Assembly (NCBI GenBank): GCA_964016885.1
Contig: OZ024743.1
Coordinates: forward strand, 157,170,001-157,234,000
Length of the DNA: 64,000 nt
Direction of reading: 5' to 3'
Origin: Eledone cirrhosa
Taxonomy: Eukaryota
Position 1 is the first letter of the stretch, and each line of letters starts with the position of its first letter. Made by a program: the position numbers and the translations under genes. The notes beneath the pieces are model-generated. The model saw only the letters and a list, made by a program, of their open reading frames with translations. It did no database searches and was not told the origin of the DNA. Below are positions 26,470-38,606 of this stretch, one piece after another.

Positions 26470-28209
26470 AACTGGTTTAAAAATATTAGATGTAAATCTT
26501 CTGCTTCATTTCTACAATTTGATATAGATAATTACTATTCTTCTATATCACCTATACTCCTGAACAAAGCATTGATATTTGCTAAAAATAGATCTAACTT
26601 AACTTTGGATGACATTAATATTATTACACATGCTAGACTAACACTTATTGAATTTCAGAATGAATACTGGACCAGAAACACATATAGTAATCTATTTGAT
26701 ATTACTATGGGTTCAAGCGATTCCGCCCAAATTACTGATCTTGTGGGCCTCTTTCTCCTTTTCAACATAAATGCCTCCTTTCCCCACCTTAAAGGTGGTT
26801 TATATCGTGATGACTGTCTTCTTCTTTCTAACAACCTTAGCCTTTCAGAAATAGAAAAAAACAAAAAACATATTAGAACTTTCCTTAAAGACTATTATAA
26901 TCTTCATATTACTTTTGAAAAAACAAGTAAAGTAGTAAATTTCCTAGATATAACTTTAGATTTAGCTACGGGTATCTACCAACCTTACCATAAACCAAAC
27001 CAAAACTTACATTACATACACTCACAATCTAATCACCCTAAATCTATCCTTAAAAACCTTGCATATAATATATCACTTAGAATTTCTAACCTTTCTTCTA
27101 ACCAAGATGTATTTGATAAAAATGCGACCTTCTATAACGAAGCTCTAGATAGAAGTGGCCACAAAAATAGATTAGAATATATACCTTCTACTAAAAATAC
27201 TAAAAGCATACAACCTAATATTACCAACAAACACCAAATGAAAAGTACACACCTAAATGCCACCCACACTATACCCCAAAATACCAAATCTTCTAATATA
27301 AAATATAGTAACTCTCAAAAAACTACTCATCATACAACTCTAATAAATATTAATAATAAAACTCCTAATAAAAAAGATAAAACACCTAAATCTACAAATA
27401 TAACTAAAAATGGTTGTGGTGAGATCATTAACATTAATCCTCCTAGTAAACATCACGATACAACCTATAAAAATAATAAAAATAATAAACAACATAGAAA
27501 CCGTAATAGACGGGTTACTTGGTATAATGCTCCATTTAATTTACAAATTAAGGATAATATTGCTAAAAAATTTTTTTATATCCTAGAGAAAAACTTCCCG
27601 CCAAACCACAAATACCATCAAATCTTAAATAGGTCTACAGTTAAATTCTCATACTCAACAACAAATAACATAAAACAAAATATAAGTGCCTATAATGCAT
27701 ATAAATGTAAGAAAACCATAAGTATACCACCAATACATCAAACTAACCATAATATCTCCTCAAATACAGAATTAACGAAAGGTTGTAACTATAGAAACAA
27801 AGCAAACTGCCCATTAAAAGGGAATTGTCTTGTTAACAACATAGTCTATAAATGTAATGTTAAAACTAAAGATTCTATTTGCTCATATATAGGAGCTACT
27901 TCTAACAATTTTAAGACAAGGTTTAATACCCACAAGCATAGTTTTAAAAATGCCGCACTGGCTAATACAACATCTCTAGCAGAAAAAATCAATAGTTATA
28001 AAAATAAGAATATAGAATATGATTTGACCTGGAGTGTGCTCAAAAGAGCCACCCCTTATCAAAATAATAGAAATGAATGTAGATTATGTTCCCAAGAACT
28101 ATTTGAAATAATGAAATCTAAGGATATCCTATTAAATAAACGACAGGAATTAATTATATCGTGTAATCATAAACTAAAAAAAACATTTAAATATTATAAA
28201 CCTAATTAA
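26470..28209 (+). CDS. PLE reverse transcriptase (motif A onward) + GIY-YIG endonuclease; open frame but 5'-truncated
   Basis: The frame is open from ~26470: NWFKNI..FLQFDIDNYYSSI, FDITMGSSDSAQITDLVG, GLYRDDCL, VNFLDITLDL, SNHP, VTWYNAPF, IVYKC..YIGAT..FKTRFNTH, CRLC, SCNH. ORF track gives 26572-28209. Confidence 0.9.
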   Translation, partial: NWFKNIRCKSSASFLQFDIDNYYSSISPILLNKALIFAKNRSNLTLDDINIITHARLTLIEFQNEYWTRNTYSNLFDITMGSSDSAQITDLVGLFLLFNINASFPHLKGGLYRDDCLLLSNNLSLSEIEKNKKHIRTFLKDYYNLHITFEKTSKVVNFLDITLDLATGIYQPYHKPNQNLHYIHSQSNHPKSILKNLAYNISLRISNLSSNQDVFDKNATFYNEALDRSGHKNRLEYIPSTKNTKSIQPNITNKHQMKSTHLNATHTIPQNTKSSNIKYSNSQKTTHHTTLININNKTPNKKDKTPKSTNITKNGCGEIININPPSKHHDTTYKNNKNNKQHRNRNRRVTWYNAPFNLQIKDNIAKKFFYILEKNFPPNHKYHQILNRSTVKFSYSTTNNIKQNISAYNAYKCKKTISIPPIHQTNHNISSNTELTKGCNYRNKANCPLKGNCLVNNIVYKCNVKTKDSICSYIGATSNNFKTRFNTHKHSFKNAALANTTSLAEKINSYKNKNIEYDLTWSVLKRATPYQNNRNECRLCSQELFEIMKSKDILLNKRQELIISCNHKLKKTFKYYKPN

Positions 28210-28711
28210 TAACATTATTTTAGAAATTAATATATAATTTAATTTAAATGTTAGTTAACCTATAAATTTAATTTAATTAAAATTCTACTACAGATGAGAA
28301 TATAACATATTGTGTAATCATAAATTGTGAAAAACCTTTAAATATTACTAATATATACTTAGTAATTTAATTTATAGATTAATTTTAATTTATTTAACCC
28401 TTTATTAAAATTCCTTTACAGATAAAATATAACAAAATATCGTGTATCCAATGACAGAGAAATAATTTTTAGTATTATAGACCTAATTAATATACATTTT
28501 AGAAATATATTTATAATTTGGTTTTAAATTTAGTCAACCTAAAAATTTAATTTAATTGGCTTAAAATTAGTATCCTAATACAGACGGATTGCAGAGTGTC
28601 ATGTAATCATAGAATGGGATGTGTTTTGGATGTATACCTAGTTAATATATTCTTTGCAATTTTTGAAAAAATATGTATATGTATGTATGTATATGTATGT
28701 GTATGTATGTA

Positions 28712-28752
<41 letters not shown>

Positions 28753-29470
28753 ATGTATATGTATATGTATTAATTTTGATTTCTATTTGCATATAATTAT
28801 ATTCTGCTATTGATAAAATACAATATCTGTTTTGTTTATTATATACCTAATTAACATATACTATAGAAATTAATATATAATTTTTAATTTAGTTAACCTA
28901 TAATTTATATTCTACTACCGATGTAATACTTTATTTGTTTTTTCCCTATTACTAAATTCATTTCCTAATATTGATACCATAACATTAATAACTTTAATTT
29001 AGTTATACTATAATTAATACTCTACTACTATTTAACTTCAAAATTCTGCTTCAAATATCATAAACCTAACTAATTTACACCTTAGAAATCAATATGTTAA
29101 CTTTCTTTAGTTTAGTTAACATATAATTAATGGTATACTTATTTTGAAATGCATAATTTTGCCTTATTTCTTGCATTTCCTAACACTGAAACTATGTAAA
29201 AACATATATTGAGATCCAAATACAGATTAATATTCTATGTTTCTTGAAACATATATTTACTATAATCCCCTTCTCCCCCCCCCCTTTCCCCCATACTATT
29301 ATCATCTGTGTTTGTAAGCGTATGAATATATATGTAGGTAGGTGTATATATGTTTGGGTGTTTATATCTGAGTATAAAAATACATATATGCGCATGCAAA
29401 TAAGAATGTATGATTGTGTGTATATATATATGTATGTATATATATATATGTGTATATATGCATGTGTATA

Positions 29471-29511
<41 letters not shown>

Positions 29512-30288
29512 ATGTGTGTATATGTGTGTGGGCGTGTATGTGTGTGTATATATATATATATATATGTGTGTATGTATGTGTATGTGTATATGTGTATGTA
29601 TATGTATGTCTCTCTATATATATGTCTATCTTCGTATCTATGTGGGTATATGTGTGTATGTACATGTATGCACATGTATATGTTTATGTGTATATGTGTG
29701 TATGTGTATATATGTACGTGTGCGCACATATATATGTGAGTGTGTGTGTGTGTGTGTATATATATATATGTATATCTGTGTGTGTATATATATATATTCG
29801 TATGTGTATATATATATATTATTTATTATTATAATATAACTTATGTGTATATGTATACATGTGAAGGTGTGTATATGTATATATATGTATATATATGTGT
29901 AAAAATATATATGTGTATGTGTGTTTTTTGTGTGTGTGTATATATATGTATATATGTGTGTATGTATGTGTTTGTATGTGTGTTTATGGTTGTATGTGTG
30001 TGTGGGTATATATATAAATGTATGTGTATATATATATATTTATATGTGTATATGTATCTCTTTTAATGTGTGTATATATGTATATGTATATACCTTCTTC
30101 TTTGTATGTCTGAGTTGTGTGAGAGTGTAGTGGTGTTTGTATGTATATACGCATATATGGATGCGTATGTATTTGTATGTATGCTATATGTATATATGTG
30201 TGTATATATATATGTATGTGTGTATATGTGTGTATATATGTATATGTATATGTTTATATATGTGTGTGTGTGTGTGTTGTATGTTAAG

Positions 30289-30379
<91 letters not shown>

Positions 30380-30991
30380 TTCTTGATATATTTCTTTTTT
30401 CTTTTTTCTTTTTCTTTTCTTTTCTTTTTATTTCGAAGTTTATAGATACATCTATAAATAAGCAGTCTGCCCAAACCGTTGAATACTGACCTCTCCCCCC
30501 CTCCCACCTAATTTCTGTATCTTGATCTAAATGTGTGTGGCAGTGTTTATGTGAGTGAATTAATATCCATGTGCTTATGATAATATTATATCCACATATA
30601 TATGTGTGTAGGGGTGTGTGTGTGTATGTATGTTCGTAATTATGTGTATGTTTATGCATATACGCGCGCGTGTGTGTGAGTGTACGGATATGTGTGAGTA
30701 TGAGAATATGTGTATACACTTATTTCATATTTATGTGTCTATACGCATTTTATCTGTGGATTATAAACTTACAGAGACATTAGCCTTAAATTTTTGTATT
30801 TGCATACATCTTTTTGGCATGCGTATGCATGTTGAGCATATATCTTTGTATAAATATGTGTACGGGGTTAGTTACATGTATATACACACACCAAACTGCA
30901 TAAAACTTTTTGTATTTTCATTGGTCAATTTTGAACTCCGTTCCCAAACGGACCTGAAATTTTGAATTGTTGTTATTATCAATAAATATAT

Positions 30992-31146
30992 TTCATTATT
31001 TCTGAAGACGGCATATATGTGTGTTTGGTATGTATATTTAATCTTGATAGTTTGTATAATTTTGTATAATTTTGTACATAGATCTGTTGAATATGCATGC
31101 CAATTCTAACACATATATATCCTAGAAACGATCGTTAAATAATGAA
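30992..31146 (+). ncRNA. Type-I hammerhead motif with very long stem II (inverted copy ~24742-24896, minus)
   Basis: Stem I ttcattattt/aaataatgaa (10 bp), CTGAAGA 31002-08, GAAA 31125-28, palindromic ACGATCGT stem III, GUU site. Confidence 0.7.
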
Positions 31147-31340
31147 CTTTTTTTGTTTAATATAAGGAACTGTTTCATTGTTTTATTCATTATTTGTTTA
31201 ATATTTTATCTTGACTCTGTATTCCGTTTATCTTTCACCGAAAGTGATTTTTCATTACATCTCTTCTTTCCATGATATCCGGAATACATTGAGTTCTTCA
31301 TACGGATTGGACACTACCGTAAACTCTTGGTAGATTTATC

Positions 31341-31389
<49 letters not shown>

Positions 31390-31484
31390 ATATCCAGGGA
31401 TTGTAACGTGAAATACTGAAGGTTCACCCAGGTGAGCACACGACGTTTAGGTTCTCGTCCGTGAAGAGGTGTCGAGCTAGACAG

Positions 31485-31780
31485 AGTGTAATAAAATACA
31501 AGGACGATTTGTTAAGCCTTCAGTACGTTTAATGATTGGTGACGTGCGTTTCGCTATTGATCAGCTCAAGGTTCGATGTGTATCAATCTGGCCCGACTCT
31601 GGAATGAAAAGCTCGTAGGACCTCTGTTGTAGAAATCACAGAGGTCCGACGAGATTTCGATTCCAGAGTTTGGCCAGATCGATACACATCGAACCATGAG
31701 CTGATCAATAGCGAAACGCGCGTCACCAATGAATAAACATAATGAAGGCTTAACAAATCGTCCTTGTGTTATTAAATACT
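31485..31780. mobile_element. ~295-bp imperfect palindrome (MITE/fold-back element)
   Basis: Arms 31485-31628 and ~31638-31780 are complementary at roughly 85-90% by eye; short loop. Confidence 0.8.
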
Positions 31781-31786
31781 AGGGTC

Positions 31787-32272
31787 AAGCCTTCGCGCAT
31801 GCGCAGTACAGACCAGCCTTTCCGCATGCACAGTACGGACTAGCTTTCACGCATGCTTAGTACGGACCACCTGTCGCGCATGCGCAGTACGGAGGAGCAT
31901 TCGGGCATGCGCAATATAGACCAGCCTTCGCGCATGTGCACTTCGGACCAGATTCGCGCATGCGCACTTCGAACCAGACTTCGTGCATGCACACTACAGT
32001 CCAGCCTTCACGCTGGCGCAGTACAGACTAGCCTTCGCGCATGCGCAGTACGGCCCAACTTGCGCGCATGCGCACTTAGGACCAGACTTCGCGCATGCGC
32101 ACTTCGGACCAGCCATCGCGCATACGCATTTCGGTCCAGACTTTGCGCATGCACACTTCGGACCAGACTTCGCACAAGCGCACTTCAGACAGGCTTTCGC
32201 CAAAGCGCAGTACGAGTTAGTCTTCGCGCATGCGCACTTCAGACAACTTCGTGTATGCGCACTTCGGACCAC
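31787..32272. repeat. ~26-bp minisatellite (cttcgcgcatgcgcagtacggaccag), ~18-19 copies; possibly inside a non-autonomous Helitron whose 3' CTAG is at 31779-82 (minus)
   Basis: Direct reading; the minus strand ends ..GCGCATGCGC..CCCTAG|T. Confidence 0.85.
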
Positions 32273-32595
32273 TTTGTGTGTGTGTGTGTGTCCGTTAGAT
32301 GTATTATTGTATTTCATGAATAACGAAGAATTTGCAAGTTACTTCACTAACTTCGGAAGACGATTTGTGTGTGGTGTGGTATATATGTGTAAGTGTGTAT
32401 ATATATATATATATATATGTTTGTGTGTGTGTCTGCATCAGACATAATTTATATGCTATTACATTTATATATATCTAATCAATGGGCGTACAACAATGCT
32501 TAATCTAAACTAGAATAAAGTAAGAAGCGTGGGATTGCGTACGGTTTATAATTTTTTATCCCCTTAGTAAAATAAGTTGGATTACTTTGAATAAA

Positions 32596-32715
32596 TAATT
32601 ATTTGTACTATTGGCACAAGGCCAGCAATTACCACGGTGTATTACTGGTACTTTATTTTATCGACCGCGAAACGATGAAAGACAAAGTTAATCTCGGCGG
32701 GATTTGAGCTCAGAT
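32596..32715 (-). mobile_element. tRNA-derived SINE, partial
   Basis: Body and B-box region match the family. Confidence 0.8.
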
Positions 32716-32900
32716 TAAAGTAATGAATGAATATTACATAATTTATCTACTAAATTTCGTGGCTGTTCATTAAATATATTTTATTACTTATTTAAAGATT
32801 CACTTCTTTAAAATCTTCAAATGTCAACACTTCCGGTTAGCGATCGTTTAAATAAATATTCATATATTTCTGTTACTAATTTTCTCCTAATGCAGTTTAT

Positions 32901-33260
32901 ATATAATATCGTCTTTTTTCAATGTATCATGGATTACGTTACTGATTACATAAGACAATGTAACACAGTCTTCGTTCAATTTCTGTGTATATTGTCAATT
33001 ACGATTTTATTTGATCATATCTACATGCATATATACTTGCGTATAATATCAATATACACACTACACATGCTAGCAGATATATAATATCGTCCTTTTCTAA
33101 AGTATCATGGATTACGTTACTGATTACAGAAGACTGTGTAACACAGTCTTCGTTCAATTTCTGTGTATATTGTCAATTACGGTTTTATTTGATGTATCAT
33201 ATCTACAGGCATATATACGTGCGTATAATATCAATATATACACTACACAAGCTAGTAGAA
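32901..33260. repeat. Direct tandem duplication of ~178 bp
   Basis: atataatatcgtc..tatcatggattacgttactgattaca..cactacaca(t/a)gctag occurs at 32901 and 33079. Confidence 0.85.
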
Positions 33261-33699
33261 AACCACCCGAAAGGTGGTTTTTTCTGCTAGTGATGTTAAA
33301 TGAGTTTAAAAAAAGAAGAGTTAATAAATAAATAAAGATTTAATAAATAAATAAAGAGTTACTAAATAAATAAAAAAGTTATACTTGTTTTACCCACCCA
33401 TTTCCAATTAAATCAAACGCTATTATGACTGTATGTGTGTGTTTGTGTAAATGTATATGTGTGAATGTATGTATGTTTGTGTGAAGGTATGTGTGAATGT
33501 ATGTGTATTTGTGTGAATTATGTCCGTGAGTGTGTATTTTTATAAGTTTGTGTTTGCGCGATTATAGTTATATGCTCATAATAGTTATATACTCATACAT
33601 ATAGATGTATGTATGTGGACACTCATACGCGTCAGTGTGTAGAAAATCATAATCTCTCTATCTCTCTCATCACACAATCTCTCTTTCTATATATATGGT
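33252..33699 (-). mobile_element. Possible non-autonomous Helitron
   Basis: CTAG plus hairpin aaccacc-cgaaa-ggtggtt at 33252-33290, (TG)-rich body, TCTATATA-like other end (degenerate). Confidence 0.35.
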
Positions 33700-33850
33700 A
33701 GTTGAAGTGGTGGTGGTGGTGGCGTCGATATACCGAAAGTGCAACTTTGAAAAGAAGTCAATTTTACATTATTTATTTTTACGAAATTATTTGTTTACGT
33801 AATTTAGCACATACATTATGTAATATTCATTCATTATTTATTCAATGTAA

Positions 33851-34040
33851 GGGCGGTGGATTGGCAGTATCGGTAGAGGGTCGGACGCCATGCTTTCCAG
33901 CATAGTTACGTCCCTTTACGATCTGAGTTCAAATCCCGCCGAAGTTGACTTTGCCTTTCATCCTTACGGGGTCGATAAAATAAAGTACCAGTAATGCACT
34001 GGGTAATTGCTGGCCTTGTGCCTAAAGTAGAAACAATTAT
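33851..34040 (+). mobile_element. tRNA-derived SINE, full length, with 17-bp TSD
   Basis: A box tggcagtatcgg, B box gagttcaaatcc; TSD ttatttattcaatgtaa at 33834-50 and 34037-53. Confidence 0.93.
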
Positions 34041-34659
34041 TTATTCAATGTAATCCAACTTATTTTACTAACTGAATTAAAAGAAATAAACCATACGCAG
34101 TCCCGCCGCCCTTGCTATATTATAGTTTAGATATATATCCTGATCAAATATAGTAACCATGCTTTTCTTAGTTTTCTCTATACTGAGATTTAGTGAACCA
34201 TTGATCTGGTTTGTTTTTTTATTATTCTATTACTCAGATTTTGATTGACAAAATTAACAAATTGATATACTTGTGTTCATTTTTTTTTTTGATAACTTAT
34301 ATTTATTCTTGTTTATTTTTATTGTGTTATTTTTGTTGTTAATTTGTTGCCATAGTCTAACTTCAACTTTGCCAACAGCAGCACCTCTATAATCAATACT
34401 CCCATTATTGGTACGGGTGATTTTTTTTATGATTGCTAATCACAACATAGTTAGCCTTTTATTCCTTATCGATATCTTAATCAAAATAATATGTACCGTT
34501 ATAATTACCATTAACATCAACATCATCATTATCATCATCAGCAGCAGCCACATCACTTTGACATCGTGCTCATCGTGGTCATCGTGCTCATCATAATTAC
34601 CATCCTTTTCTGTACCTTCCCTCGTTTGCGTTGGTATCTTTCTAACTGACTCCGTACAT

Positions 34660-35100
34660 GCCACATCCAGCGACCACTGTCCCTAGGCCTCTACTACTCT
34701 GTATCCTTCACGTACATCCCATACTGTTGCTACCCTAAACCCAGACGTACGACTCTCTGAAGCTAAACTGTCCTCCTCACTGATGTTTTACACTTCATAC
34801 CACCACACCCACCTTTCATTCTCCTCGCCTACCATCCCTCTACTCCACTTCGGTGGCGCCGTATCCTTCTTCGATTCCGATCTCTCGCGTATGATCCCAT
34901 CACTTCTCGGCTATTTTCTAATCCGCCCATCCTCGCCGTTAAGCGCGTCCGTAATCGCTGTGACATTCGTGTATAATTTCTTCTCTATCCCTAGGATGCC
35001 AGCTGGCTACCGATCCTGCTCTCGCCACTGCTGTATTAACTGTCGTAACAAAACGAACCTCACCAGCCTTACATATGCGAACCATTGTTTTCCCATTCAG
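34660..35100 (+). pseudogene. Decayed Neptune-type PLE linker fragment
   Basis: Frame reads PFILAYHPST..RRILLRFRSLAYDPITSRLFSNPPILAVKR.., then GYRSCSRHCCINC (RT-EN linker and Cys motif). Confidence 0.6.
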
Positions 35101-35838
35101 CACTCATTCATATGCATCTCTACCTTTCACACAGAAACACATGAATGCAGACAAGAAAACAAATCCAGCAACCACACAATCCACACTCACATTTACATAA
35201 CCCGTATATACCAACCAGCACACCTATATCTCAGCACACAGAAAACCCTCAAATTCGTATTCACACACATGTGCATCTACCCTATCGGAACTATCGGTTC
35301 CCCCGCCAACAGAAGTAGGTTTTCACGCACACAACTTGGATACACACACATATGATTGTATCATAAACCCACACATCTGTATACACGGCCATTATAACAC
35401 AATCGTCCCTCACCTACATATACTGATGCATGCACACGTATATGCGCACTTATATATACGCCATTATATACTACCGACACAGAAACTCCAAGACTCTTGT
35501 TTGAGGGTACATATGTGCTTGTATTTGTTGTACGCGGACATCTGTGTTCAATTGGCATCCAATGCCACGACTCTGATGCCATCGATGGGGGGTGTTTCCC
35601 AAAATCTTTCTTACACCCATCATTTTCTAGCACTATACACCTTCACGCTAGTAGTGAATCAATACTTCGTAATTCAACCATATCGTCGTCTCCGAAGCCA
35701 AGCATTTTCTCTTACAGCCATCCCACGAAATGAAACATACGGCTGTCCATTTAAAAATGATTTTTAAATAATTAAAATATACGCAGACATGTATATAATT
35801 TGAAATGAAACTGGAAGGCCCAGATACGTACGTGTGTG

Positions 35839-35897
<59 letters not shown>

Positions 35898-35904
35898 ATG
35901 TGTG

Positions 35905-35935
<31 letters not shown>

Positions 35936-37157
35936 ATATATATATATATGTGGGTGTCTGTGATCTATATACACTGGTCATAGACACACACACACATACA
36001 AACACATAAATATATACACAGACACAATCACATATATATATACACAACCCCACCAGCTGGCTCTCTCTCTTTCTCTCTCGCTCTCTCTCTATCTGTCTAT
36101 CTTTCTTCCTCTCTCTCTGTATGAAAGAACCTAGAAAAAACCCATATCTCGGGAACTCATGCTCCGATCTACGCGAAACTTGTTTTATTCCATTAGTATT
36201 GCCATTTCAGGGTCACCTTCCTTTCAATGTATTTTTTCATTATGCAGATTTGGCTGTATGGCATTACAGAGAAGCTATGCAAGCAAACAGAGAGTTTTAG
36301 TGTGTATATATATATATATATTTTAATGCGGTCTACCCTTCGTGGTAGAAACCGTACCGTAGATAGAATTCAATGTAATATGATAGGAAGTAATCCAGTG
36401 AAATCCATAGAAAGGTTCCGTTTTCCGCTGAGTAAACTCCATAGATACAGAGTCTGATATTAGCTATTAATTTAACAATAAAAATAATAACAAGAATGTC
36501 AAGTAATTTTACCTATTCATATTTTTGTTTTACGATCGTTTGTAGGATGACCATATTGACATACTGATTGATATATAGCAGTTATATAACAGTATACTAT
36601 CATACTTCTTATAAAGGTTCGATTAGACCGTCTGCTTCGGGAACAATTATTTCGGAAGACGGTCTGATAGTACACATGGAGATATGTGTTCAATGATGGG
36701 GGATCAAAAACACCCACAGTGACGAATATATTACTTACATATCTCTATGTGTACTTCTCTCTATATGCTGATTTATATATACATATAAAAATATTCATTA
36801 AAATATGTTACATCATAATTGGTTTTACAATGGTCTCGTCTTCCTGGGACTCATGTGAATCGATAATTTTCTGAATAAATACCTAAACAAGTTCATCTTT
36901 TCGAACGCAGGTGGGGTGAAAAGAGTGATGCTAGAATTGTGAAATGTTGCATTCATTTCAAATCCCCTTATTGATAACTGCATTGTTTTTCTCCGAGTAA
37001 AGCGACATCTCACTGTTCAAAGAAAGCTTCAAAAGTAACAGACATCTCTTGAAAATGCACAAAGGGGACTATGTATAAAAATAAACCTCATTTGTTAACA
37101 TTCCGTGAGAGTATCTTCGTCAGCCTATGAACATTTCTGCCGACACTCTTATATATG

Positions 37158-37302
<145 letters not shown>

Positions 37303-37306
37303 GGCA

Positions 37307-37319
37307 ATGAACTTGATAG

Positions 37320-37406
<87 letters not shown>

Positions 37407-37767
37407 TTTTAAGCTTGGGTCAATCAATGATAAACATTGATTACCGACTATATTATAAAATGTACAGAAACAAAACCCAATCCAAACCAAACGGTGTGTG
37501 TATTTTAATATTATTTCTGGCAATATTATAAAAATATTATCCTCCCGAAATATAACAATATATATATATGTATTGTTATATTTCGGGAGGATAATATTTT
37601 TATAATATTGCCAGAAATAATATTAAAATACACACACCGTTTGGTTTGGATTGGTTTTTGTTTCTGTACATTTTATAATATAGCTGGCAATCAATGTTTA
37701 TCATTGAGAGATCAAAGTTTAAAAATATAGATATAAATATATATATATATAATCTATCAAATTCATT
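37307..37767. repeat. Fold-back palindrome centred on a short (TA)n at ~37565
   Basis: Arms are reverse complements; the arm sequence also occurs at 22560-22670 and 51820-51990. Confidence 0.9.
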
Positions 37768-37998
37768 TAAGTAATACTCTCTTTATAACACTTTTCATGC
37801 ATTGTTCTTCTTGTTCTTCAATATAATGTCACTGACACTATCAATTATAATGTATCTTAATGAATGTTCTAAAGACTAGGAATTTAATTACTTGTTTTAA
37901 CATTGTATAATATGCTCCGATGAATCCAGAAATGTGTCTGGAAGAAACGATCGTCAGCAATTAGATGCATTAAACAAAAATGTGATTGTTTAGCATAT

Positions 37999-38083
<85 letters not shown>

Positions 38084-38397
38084 TCAGCAATTAGATGCAT
38101 TAAACAAAAATTTGATTGTTTTCCATGTTGTATGTGTGTATATATATATATGTATACACACACAACAAGGAAAACAATCAATTTTTTGTTTAATGCTTCT
38201 AATTACTGATGATCGTTTCTTCCAGACAAATTTCTGGAATTATCGGAGCATAGTATACAATGTAAAAACAAGTAATTAAATTCCTAGTCTTTCGAACATT
38301 CATTAAGATACATTATAATTAATAGTGTCAGTGACATTATATTGAAGAACAAGAAGAACAATGAATGAAAAGTGTTATAAAGAGAGTATTACTTAAA
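37767..38397. repeat. Fold-back of a PLE pLTR fragment containing an HHR motif
   Basis: 37767-38010 versus 38150-38397 inverted; a further copy at ~39400-39640. Confidence 0.88.
37913..37959 (+). ncRNA. Minimal type-I hammerhead motif (U4C variant core)
   Basis: tgct-CCGATGA-atccaga..tctggaa-GAAA-cgatcg-TC-agca. Confidence 0.65.
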
Positions 38398-38430
38398 GTC
38401 AGTATATGAAGCATATTATACAAAAAAGTT

Positions 38431-38606
38431 AATAATTGTTTCTACTTTTGGCACAAGGCCAGGAATTATCCCAGTGCATTACTGGTACTTAATTTCACCG
38501 ACCCCATAAGGATGAAAGGCAAAGTCAACCTTGGCAGGATTTGAACTCAGGCCATAAAGGGCCGTAACTCTTTGCTGCAAAGCATGACGTCGGACTCTCT
38601 AATACC
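38431..38606 (-). mobile_element. tRNA-derived SINE
   Basis: Family body and B box. Confidence 0.85.

Larger units (their letters stand above)
24679..31345 (+). mobile_element. Penelope-like element (probably Hydra-type clade) with ~1.68-kb inverted 5' pLTR (24679-26349 versus 29529-31209) and short 3' tail, between (TA)n tracts
   Basis: Near-identical inverted arms; RT-GIY-YIG ORF; HHR in the pLTR. Confidence 0.92.

Noticed and set aside
26470-28209. Selenocysteine (TGA) recoding as in Naiad PLEs
   Set aside because: No in-frame TGA in this ORF, and the endonuclease is C-terminal rather than N-terminal
24923-30965. Many Y/I/C/V/H/T-rich ORFs (also at 35-38, 50-51, 54, 58 and 61 kb)
   Set aside because: Translations of (TA)n/(TG)n microsatellites
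31853-32447. Repetitive ORFs (AHAHFGPDF, CACAKSGPK)
   Set aside because: Translations of the 26-bp minisatellite; the unit length is not a multiple of 3
33851-33945. tRNA genes at SINE heads
   Set aside because: A/B boxes are present but there is no cloverleaf; each is followed by the SINE body and tail, some with TSDs
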